Positions 1 to 9,912 of a stretch of DNA of 63,727 nt are shown in pieces (the stretch's first letter is position 1; every line of letters begins with the position of its first letter). The translations under genes and the position numbers were made by a program. Under the pieces are notes generated by a model, which had not been told where the DNA came from, did no database searches, and saw only the letters and a program-made list of their open reading frames with translations. The DNA comes from Basidiobolus meristosporus CBS 931.73. Lineage: Eukaryota; Fungi; Basidiobolomycota. The stretch covers positions 1 to 63,727 of the forward strand of contig MCFE01000516.1 of NCBI GenBank assembly GCA_002104905.1, in the 5' to 3' direction.

Positions 1-16
1 TCACTTTCAAACGCAG

Positions 17-406
17 GTGGCACGCGTAGAGACCGCAGAGATTATCAACAAATCGGTTGCTGGTGAAGAACCCGTTGAGAGAATCATGATAGAGAGCTAT
101 AGGTACCCATATCTCAAGTCGGTCATACTGGAGTGTAGTGGCGTTAACCATATTGATTCCACCGGAGTTCAAGCCTTGCTCGACCTGAAGAGTCAACTCG
201 TTGAGTACTCGGGAAATCCCTCTTTTGAGCTTCATTTCGTAGGGCTTCAGCCCAAGGTTTATTCTCGTCTTCAGCACTGTGGCCTTACTTGTCTGCCTGA
301 TGACCGATCTGCAGGCAAACACCGCTTCGTGCACCTCACTGTGCAAGAGGCAGTGCAATGCGCCGAGCAAATACCTCTAGTCGCCGAAAATAACCACAGC
401 GTATGA
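17..406 (+). CDS. Last exon of an SLC26/SulP sulfate (anion) transporter, STAS domain; gene begins upstream of the window
   Basis: STAS motif VILECSGVNHIDSTGVQALLDL and FVHLTVQEAV; CAG acceptor ends at 16. Confidence 0.8.
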   Translation: MARVETAEIINKSVAGEEPVERIMIESYRYPYLKSVILECSGVNHIDSTGVQALLDLKSQLVEYSGNPSFELHFVGLQPKVYSRLQHCGLTCLPDDRSAGKHRFVHLTVQEAVQCAEQIPLVAENNHSV

Positions 407-756
407 AATCATGTATATTCCCCTTACAGTGATCATTACCACAAGATTCCAATGTACAGATTTCTGATGTAATATAGCATGAATGGAAAATGTATGATAT
501 GCAAGGTGGATAGGGTGTTTATTACAAATAGAGCAGTTTCCATCTAAATTTGATACAAATAGCCGAAGTAACCTAAGAAAGTAATGTCCGTGGAAGAAGA
601 TTTTCATGCTTCAAGTGGGAAATGCTCGTGAAAAGAGAAAGAAATTATCGTAAAAAATAGAAAATTGAGAATTCAAATGTCCTTGGTTAAAGGGGTGATT
701 GTCCAGTAAAAATAATACGAAAGAGTGTCCGTGCGTGTGTGAGTTTGTCAGAAAGC

Positions 757-2284
757 TTACCAAGTCATGATATCTTCAGCCTCGCCAAAAAGGCTATTCC
801 CGCATTGTTTAAGCTCAATGTTTCGGGGGCCGTTGCGGTTTGCGTCATTCAGAAATTCGGGGAGATACTCACTTGTGAACTTCAAGATATGCTCGTTTAG
901 CTGTTCAAATTCCAGAAGAAATCCGTCATGCCCATCAGGCGAGTCGACAACGATCATCTGAGAGTTCGGAAGGTATTCGGCAAGTACATATTGTTCATCA
1001 ATGGTGAACAGACCATCAGATTCGATCCCTAAATGCAATTCCATGTTAATACTAAGCCACAGACCTAGCCTTGCAAAAAGGTGTACCAATGACTAAGGCG
1101 GGCTGAGTGATTCCACTAAGGACCTCCGTATAATCCCCTCTTCCTCTGGACACGTCGTGAGTGTCCATCATTTGAGTAATTGAGATGTAACAGTTTGCGT
1201 CGAAGCGCCTCACGAACTTGTCCCCCTGGTAGCGGAGGTAGTTCTGCGCCGAAAATATTTGCGGAGAACTGCCCAATACTCGAGTATTTTTGTTGCCTGC
1301 CTCAGATTGACCTTCCTTCTTACTAACGAAAGTACTGGTGCCAGAGCGACTAGCGCTTACTGGCATGGTTTTGCGGCCAAACCTGGTCTCGAATGAACCT
1401 TTCGACCGATATGTTAAAAGGGCCGACATTCTAGCGGCTGCTAACCCGTGCTTGGGAGTGTTGTCTTGTGTGTAATATCCATTACCTGTGCAAGAAGAAC
1501 TTTGTTAGAACAAGACAACCAAGAGTGTACATATTTTTAAAGCCTACAAAAGTTCGGATCGCTGTAGATCGATTGACGTTGTGCTTCACCCCAACTGATT
1601 CCCCAGGCAGAATGCTTTCCACATGTTGCGATAGGTACTATGTGTCTTACATAGTCTTCACCAAACATTGCCCACTCCATCACTTGCATTCCTCCAAGTG
1701 AACCGCCAATACAGATAGCCACTTGCTTGATGCCAAGTAAAGTTAGGAGCTCTTTGTGGAGTCTGACCGTATCCCGAATGGAGACCTTTGGAAAATTAGG
1801 CCCCCATTTCAAGCCAGTCTTGGGATTATTAGTAACCGGGGAGGCAGTACCATAAGGCGAGCCTAAAACGTTCATGCATATGATAAAGAATGCATCGGTA
1901 TCAAAAGCCAGACCAGGACCAAGCAAAGGGCCCCACCTAATAAATAAGCGATAAGCACAATTGGGCAACAAACGTGAGGCGTTCCATCAACCAACCAGTC
2001 AGCAACATCAGCAGAGCCGGTCAACGCATGGCATATAACCATAACATTGTCTCCGTTGTCGTTTAAAGTGCCCCAAGTCTTGTAACCTACGGGGATGTCA
2101 TTCAACGTAGTGCCGTTTTCTAAAGTGAGCGAGGGAATAAGCGCAATCTTTTGAGCGTTCACCAGCTGCGTAAAGGTGTTTTCGGGCTGAGCTTCAAGGT
2201 GTCCTAGCAAAACCCAGTCTTTAGTCTACATGAGCCCCCAATATAATGGATAGCAAGGCAATAATTACTCAGTGTGGAACTCAT
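757..2284 (-). CDS. MET2: Homoserine O-acetyltransferase (multi-exon)
   Basis: Spliced MSSTLRHLEAQPENTF...YKTWGTLN...VICHALTGSAD, CMNVLGSPYG, nucleophile GGSLGGMQ, RRFDANCY, SPDGHDGFLLE; GT-AG introns join the listed ORF pieces. Confidence 0.93.
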
Positions 2285-2599
2285 ATTTGAAGAAGGAATG
2301 GCGTTGGAAGGACGGGCTTTCCAACGATATATAGGCTGGGCGTGACTCGTAGTTAGTCATCTAGTGCTTGCGTTGTGGAACGTGAGCTGAAGAAATGCCA
2401 ATGTTTACAGCCAATCCCTGAATAGGGTTTAGGTAATATACCAGTCACATTACGAAAAAGATGGATGATACAACCGATTCAACCGGTACAACCGATATAA
2501 CCGAAGCAATAGCCGATTTCTCGAACTAAACCCGAGTGTTTAATATATATTGCTTATCCAGCACATGAAAATGGAGCTCTATCAAATACAACCATCTGT

Positions 2600-4162
2600 C
2601 TATCCAGAGGTGGTATCCATCGACTTTTCCCGATGAAACACAGATTTCGACAACGCCTCTGTCACACCAAGGGAACAATTCAGCGTAGGGTTCACTGGGT
2701 TTATTCCGGGTTCGTTCATAAAGCTCAACCCAGCAATCGCCATATATGCATGAAGTAAATCTAATAGGAATCACGGTGAGAAAGGCAACCGAAATTCGAT
2801 TGCTAGCAACATACGTACCTGGATAAACATCTGGCCATTTCGCGAACCCACCTATTCCTCCTTGAGTAGTCATAAGGAATGCTCGATGTTGCGTGAAATC
2901 GATCAACTCGTAGCCACCCAACATCTTTGAATGGAGTGGAGATCATCAGACCCGAGGAGTACTTTCTATGAAGGATGTAGATCCTACCTTAATTGTTGCC
3001 CCTATCCAGAAGGAATAGCACGAGTCTGCTGGTTTGTTCCTTCTACCTTGGAATCCGGTTTCTTGTCGATTCAGGCACCATTCGAGTAGTTTTTCTTGAT
3101 TGATAACACTGGAATCCAGCTTCTCAAGAAGGTCGAGGACGGCCACCGCACAATAGGTCGAGCCGCCTGATATCCCTTAGTTAGATAAAAAGTGGGTGTT
3201 AAGATGGCGGTGACGGATACTACCATGGGATTCCTGGGAAGGCCCTTGCCCAATTCCATAATCGTATGCCTAAACAAATAGATACGTGAGATTGCTTGGG
3301 GTCCGAGCAATACGCTAATGGATGGCTACCTGACTAGACTTGATGAAGCTTAAAGCTTTTGGAATATCAATACCGGTCCAATCATTCAATATGTAAGAGA
3401 CCACAGAGGCACAGTAGAGAAACCGCATATCTGATTCACGGCTTTCGTAGCAAGGGCAAAAACTGGCTTTTCCTTAGTCCCACAGCATTGGTAAATCACT
3501 GCTGAATCCTGCGTACCTTCCATCTTCGCGTTGAAGGTATGGCATAGACTCTATGATTGCCTTCCGGTTGACTCGGCTCAAATCATCTCCCAAAGCAAGA
3601 AGAAGCAATAGGGCAGTATACGTCATCGCCAGATTTGCTCGATCGTATTTGGCAGCTTCAGTATTTGTCTAGAGAAACTTGGAATGAGGAAAAGGGTTGC
3701 TAGAGCCATGGGAAAAAATTACCGCTGACGGAGCATAAGGGCTTCCAGCGAAAGGCGAACCACGAAAACCACATATTGGTTTATTTTCATCTACAATTTT
3801 TCTCCACTTATCAATACCACCGGCATGGGTAAATAGCCAAGAGGGTGCTTACCCGGTGAGTTAGGATCGGGATGGATTTGTTGAGCATATATCCACTCGA
3901 TATATCCTTTCTTTTGTTCTTCCGAGAGTATATCCAGTTTGCCTAACAAGTCAAGTCCATTGATGCAGAAATATCCTAGTGTCATGCTATTCATATTGAA
4001 GATTCATTTGAGGCTCCTACTACATAATATTGGTGGTGTGTTTTACCGATTGGTGTCTGCAGAAGAGTATTGATACGGCAAAAATTCTAAAGAACGTTTG
4101 AAGAATTTCACATGTTTCTCCAGAGCAAATTCCCTAGGCTTGTCGACATTGTCTGTAGCCAT
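2600..4162 (-). CDS. CDC43: Geranylgeranyltransferase type-I beta subunit (multi-exon)
   Basis: [59 protein letters not shown]; ATG at 4162, stop at 2600 after splicing. Confidence 0.9.
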
Positions 4163-4334
4163 GGTCGTAAAATCAACACAACACCATCAATGCACTGCTA
4201 CCTTGAGATATTAATCATGTCATTCGGTCACATGACCTGATAATCTCAATCAAATTGATAACAGCATCAAGTTGTTTTTACACCATGGTACAACAGTAAA
4301 GTTTGTTGGGACCAAACCAAGCCACAAGATCGCT

Positions 4335-6120
4335 ATGCGGTTTCCAAATCCCCGTGAGGTTCGGAATGACTTGTACCAAAAAGAGCTATCGGCGGAACGC
4401 TCGAAAAAAGACGAGCAGCTACTAACAGTATGCATAAACATTCTTAAAGAAACCGATGCACCAATATCCACGAAGAGCCTGGGGTATATAGTGCGACAAG
4501 ATCCTGAATGGAGAAAGTTAATCCCATCTTCTGGTTTCACAAAGTTTTTGGAGGGGGAAAAAAGAAGGAAGCACATCGAGCTGGTAAGTGAGCACACTGA
4601 GGGAAAATCTACCACTTGGGTCCAATATACTGGCGCCCATATGTTTGGGAACATTGAGTCGCACTGTAGGTGGCGCCCACTTTCAGTAAGCATATCATGG
4701 AAAGTCACTAACTTTTGTCAATAGTAGAGGAACTTACTTTCCGTGACCCTGATACTGTTTCTGAAAGCACAATACTGCAAGATATGAAGGCGTTAGTGAA
4801 GGTAGTTCTTCCATATCGGACTAAACGAGGGTGGTCAACAAATTCTGCAGCTATTTTCATAGAGACTTGCCTGTACTCCAGAAGAAAAAGAAAAATGGGA
4901 AATACTTCGACTTCAACTGGAAAACCTATCTCGTAGAAAGTGGCGGCATTACACGATTGATGCTTATTTATTTGGGTAAATCTAGCTATCAGAAATATTA
5001 AAACGAGTAGCTCTCAACTGGCATCTTATGTTTAGATCAACATCAAACACACTTGGGGCCACCGGCTGTGATATCGACATCTGCTTAAAAGTAATGGAGA
5101 ACGGGGATGCTATCCGGCCTGGGAAGATACAGGAAGTCATCAAAGGAATTCACGCCGAGTTAAAGAAAGGTGAGTGCCATGCTTCCCTTTCCTTGTTACA
5201 CAAGCACTCACTCTTCTCCCCTAGAACGGTTCGAGAGCTGTCAAGCCATACTCCATGCCAGAGTTCCCCATTTAAAGTTCTATGCCCCTGATCTGTAGGT
5301 CGACATTTCCCAATCTAACCTTGAGCTTGTCTAATAGTGGATTATAAGTGGCTGGGGAGATGTCAGTATCAACACTACAGATAGCTTGCAAAAGACCCGA
5401 TTACTCAAAAGCTACTGTGAACTCGATGAGCGTATTCGACCGGTGATATTGGTGATCAAAGAATGGATTCATCAAAGGAAAATCAACCAAGCCTCTCTGG
5501 ATGGAGGAACGCTGAACTCCTTTTGCTATACGTTGATGTTTATTGCATTTATGCAGATCAAATACGGCCTGCCAAGCTTACAGCAGGTGTGCTGCCTTGC
5601 GCACGCCTCAAGACGAAAGGAGCTGCCATATTATCGAGCGCAGTGCAAGATTCCTATGCAAACATGGTTTTTCGATGACATCTCCAGCCTCAAGGAGCTT
5701 TACCAACCTAATGAAGATTCAATAGCAAAAGTCTTACAGGACTTCCTCCATTTCTACGCATACGAGTTGGACTACTTTGACCAGGTGGTGTCCATCCGAG
5801 TAGGTGCATTAATACCGCGGAAGGAGAAAAACTGGTTGCTTGATCGATCGTGCTCCAATCCCCAGGCAATTAAGCTGCTCTGTGTTGAGGATCCATTCGA
5901 TTTATCACGTAATGTGGCCACTTCAGCAAAACCCTGGGTGGTTGAGGGTATTCGATGGGAATTTGAGAGAGCAGCTCGTGAACTTCACGAACGCGGACTC
6001 TCCGGGATGCTAGAGAAGCATGTTCCTCCGTTGGATATCTCGGGGTTTGCCAAGCAATATCCATGGTCATTATACAACAACGAGATCCCTTTAAGAGGAT
6101 CGAGCAAGAGCCACGTTTAA
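4335..6120 (+). CDS. Cid1/TUTase-family non-canonical poly(A/U) polymerase with an extra N-terminal helical domain (multi-exon)
   Basis: Spliced LFGSTSNTLGATGCDIDICL (G-S...DxD), third Asp in GDVSINT, LVIKEW...GGTLNSFCYTLM, PAP-associated CVEDPFDLSRNVA; start ATG inferred. Confidence 0.85.
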
Positions 6121-6203
6121 CAGGAAGACTTTATTCTAAGCTAATAAATACGTGGAATGCCACCGCAAATCGCTGTAGCAGAACGGAATATCCCAAATTG
6201 AGG

Positions 6204-6719
6204 CTAATTAGCTTCCAATTTTCTGAGTCTGTCTCTTGCGATCAGAATCATGTCTGTCAGGCCAGTCTCTAGTTCAGCTTCTTTGGTGCTATTGTTAAGA
6301 CGCTCTTCCAGAACTGGGATAATTTCCGCTCTGGAACGCCCGTTAACAAAAACAACGAACTTGAACCCATATTTGTTCTCGTATTGCTGGTTGAGCTCCC
6401 TCAAACGCTCCAGCACCTTTTCCTCGTTGGTTAGCTCTTTCCCAATGCCTTGCTCCTGTAACGACAGGCTTGATAGGTTTTTTGCTGGTGCTCCAATTCG
6501 GGGATGGGCATTAACCACCTCGATACGCTGCTCAGGTGTTAGTCGGCTCTTGATAACGTCGTCCGCATGGTCAAGCAACTTCTCGTAAGAAGCATATGGA
6601 CGGGCCGAGTATAATAGCTCGACCAGAGGCGGGGCTGGCTCAAAGAGTGCATTGATGGTCTGCGCGAAACTCTCCTTCGATAGCAAATTGAGCTCGGAAA
6701 TGGATGCTAGAGTGGACAT
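6204..6719 (-). CDS. uraD: OHCU decarboxylase (urate/allantoin pathway), single exon
   Basis: NAHPRIGA, SLQEQ, LNQQYENKYGFKFVVFVNGRSR, ARDRL motifs; ATG at 6719. Confidence 0.85.
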   Translation of the reverse strand: MSTLASISELNLLSKESFAQTINALFEPAPPLVELLYSARPYASYEKLLDHADDVIKSRLTPEQRIEVVNAHPRIGAPAKNLSSLSLQEQGIGKELTNEEKVLERLRELNQQYENKYGFKFVVFVNGRSRAEIIPVLEERLNNSTKEAELETGLTDMILIARDRLRKLEAN

Positions 6720-7060
6720 TAGTTTATACAGTGTGAGTAAAGTGAGCATCCAGCTCGCGTGCTCGCTTTATTCCCATTTCATCAGTCAGATCTTGATAAT
6801 CAGCGGATTCTTATCTACTGATCATCCCGAGGTCAGGATCCAAGCCACAGTGATGGATGACTGTGATGTGAGCTTAATCAATCTTTCATAGAATAAGCAC
6901 GCTGAGTATGCATTATCCAAGTGGGAAATGACTCTTGCAAGAGCATGAAATTGTTGATGTTTGTGGTGGAAAAAATCACCAAAATACAAACAAATCTATA
7001 TGTTCCAACCAGATGCCAATTTTATGTTGACCATCCTTGCCAAGTGCAGAAATATATGGT

Positions 7061-8719
7061 ATGCCGCCACGTTCAGTAAAGCTCAGTGCAACCAAATCCA
7101 CAAAGCCACAGCCCAAGAACTCGGCAGCTGAAAAGGAATCCGACTTTTTTGTGGAGCTAAACGTGAAAAATGGCGAAAAGACCCGTGTCGAACCGCCGGC
7201 CAAAATTGGCTCGTTAGCTGGTATGCCTTGATCTATCAACCCAGAAAACCCTCCCTTCCCTTCTATAGTTCAAGACTAATCTTCCATTTTGGAATGCACA
7301 GACGAAGACCAGAAGGTTGAGCTTGCTTACATCATCAGAGCTCATTCCAAAGCTCCTTTAGGCTCGGACGACGATGAAACACAGGTGTGGGCCTGCGAGT
7401 TTGAACCTCCTAGTGTCGACGAGAATGGGCAAAGTAATCCCATTTCATATACACTTTGATCCGACATGTATACTCATTGGCGTACAACAACTAGGTGTAG
7501 CATCCAACATTGTTGCCACTTGCGGCGGAAACACTGTTTGCTTTATTGATTGTCATCAAGGTAAAATCATGACCAAGTACACACATCTGGAGTCTACAGA
7601 AGAGTTCTATACCTTGAGCTGGACCACTTTGGAGGATAATAATTCCCATATTTTGGCCGTGGCCGGAAAGCTGGGCGTGGTGCGACTGATCAACCCATTG
7701 CAAGGAGTGTGCTTTCGATATCTAGTAGGCCATTCGAAGCAGATTAATCAGATTCGCTTCTCAACAAAGAACCCACGCTGGTTATTCAGTGCTTCCTATG
7801 ATGATACAATTCGTTTGTGGGACATCGGGTCGTCAGCAGTGGATTCAGATAACTCTATGTAAGTGTCAACTTCGAAATGAGCGTACTTCACTGGAGTGGC
7901 TTTTTTAACGCCGCTTGTTTTCCTCAGCTGTCTGGCTAAATTCAGCGGGGTAGGCCACCTGAACAGTTTCTGTGTGCATCCCTCTGATCAGTACTTGTTT
8001 GCTGGTTGTGTGGACGGCGGTATCTACAAGTACAACGTATCGGATTTGCTTCACCACAATCCTTCATCTCGTCAAGGAATCGCCCCCGATTCCCTAAATC
8101 AATTCAAACCTTCAGAAGACACACACAATAGCGCTATTGAGTGCATGACCTTTTTGAACCAGGACCTCGTAGGTAGGGATCACAGCCTTTGCGCCTGCAT
8201 TTCACGACAATCAATAACCTATGAACCAACCGTAGTATCGAGAGCAGCTGAAGACGGAAGAATTGTTGTCTGGAACGCTACGAAGTCGGCACGCAAGACG
8301 CTCATTTGCGAACAGATGATAGGCTTCCCGGAGAACTCCGAGGGTGTAATCAAATTTCGCACCGTGCCAGATCTAGGTAAGATGGCACACAGCACTCCCC
8401 GGGGAATCTTACTAACCCTCAGTTAAATCACTGAACTCTGCCAGATGGAACTCCACTATTTATATCCGGAGACCCAGCAGGAAACATCCATATTATAGAA
8501 CTCAGTGATACGGAAGAGCCGTTTGAATGGGTATGTGTGTCGTATATTGTGAAGTGGGTTCTATTGATGGGCTGCTGACTCCTCTGTCCCTAGGTGATCG
8601 GAAACGAGTACCCTCAGTGCAATAGACTAATCCGAGATGTGGCAATCAGTGATAGCTTCAAATACATAGTCAGTGTTGATATCGATAATCGCATCATGAT
8701 CTGGGTCAAGCATAACTAG
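7061..8719 (+). CDS. WD40 protein resembling the WD40 domain of LRWD1/ORCA (EED-related superfamily), with no LRR region
   Basis: Spliced AHSK...ETQVWACEFEP...TSNIVATCGGNTVCFIDC...EEFYTLSWT...LFSASYDDTIRLWDIG; introns 7221-7301 and 7434-7500 restore the frame; stop TAG at 8719. Confidence 0.72.
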
Positions 8720-9010
8720 TGTACACAATTGTGAATAAACTTCAGTCTCCGTTTGGTAATACGACTTTGCAATGGCTGGTATTCAGTGAATGTCGTAGTG
8801 AATGCCCTGGTGAATGTCCCTACTTCTATTTCGATCGCCATCCAACGGTGCATAACTGTGCATTGAGCATCTTTTTAGTCTTATAGGGAAGCATATGGGA
8901 GAGCCAAGCGGGAGGTACATATCAGAACATTAATGGCCAAGAGCACTCCCTGGCAATCAGGAATATAAATTCGAAAGCAACACACTCATCCACTCATATC
9001 TTCCATCACT

Positions 9011-9747
9011 ATGATTTTCTGTACACTTTTCTTGCTTATCTCCTGGGTTTCGTTTGCTTTCGCCGATATCGCCATCACCAATCCGGTGGAGGGGACTGTC
9101 TGGGAACCCGGAAAAGAAATCATCATTGCCTGGTAACCTCCTATCTTCCTCGGTTTGCTCATTGTCGACACACTAACCATTTCCCTAGGACCACCGTCGC
9201 TGGAGCTAACCCTGACCCCGAGAAGATTGATATCACTCTAATGGTTGGCCCAGCCACCACCATGAATGTTGCCCTGATGATCGGCACTGGTGTGGATACC
9301 AAGTCTGGTTCTCTCACGTGGAAGGTGCCTAGCAATCTACCCCCTAGTAGTCAATATGCTATCCGTGCTGGAGACAATAACAATGTTCAGTACAGCCATT
9401 ACTTTGATGTCAAAGAAGGCGGATCGACCGGAAGTGCCTCTGCACAACCATCGAACGCCAAACCCTCTGCTACTGCCGGGTCTTCAAGATCATCCAATGT
9501 GGCCATGTCTACCTCAGGCTCTCTAAGCGCGAAGTCCACCCTTGGCTCGAATTCCTCGACTGCCACCCAGACCTCAGCCTCCAAGAGTCCCACAGTAGTA
9601 TTGGCCACCTCGCTCTCGCAACCTTCAAAAGCTGGTACTGCAGCTACCTCTGCTCCCCCTGGTAGACCGATCTCAATGGCAATGAAAGATGTTCCAGGTT
9701 CAGCAATTATCTCGATCCTTATCATTGGAGCACTGCTCATCCAATAG
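9011..9747 (+). CDS. Secreted Ser/Thr-rich, probably GPI-anchored protein with a Kre9/Knh1-like N-terminal Ig-like domain
   Basis: Signal peptide MIFCTLFLLISWVSFAFA, ITNPVEGTVWEPGKEIIIAW, GSLTWKVPSNLPPSSQYAI...YSHYF, S/T tract, hydrophobic C-terminus; one intron. Confidence 0.8.
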
Positions 9748-9912
9748 ACTATTTGAAGACAACTTATTCGCATACATTAAATGCTTGGCAGATGAACTCG
9801 CAACTACTAATATGCATGGAACACTTGATAAAATAAAGAGTGTTCTTGACATTTAATATGATATATCATGCTGCCCATTCCCACGCAAAATTGTTGAAAT
9901 GATAGATCACCG

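Noticed and set aside
5028-5045. Apparent FGS-to-FRS catalytic mutation in the TUTase
   Set aside because: An intron (donor ~4976, acceptor ~5034) splices TTT GG|A TCA, giving intact FGS
7061-8719. Polycomb EED/ESC call
   Set aside because: Related fold, but the WACEFEP, ATCGG and SYD..I.LWDIG motifs fit LRWD1 better; EED is not excluded without a tree
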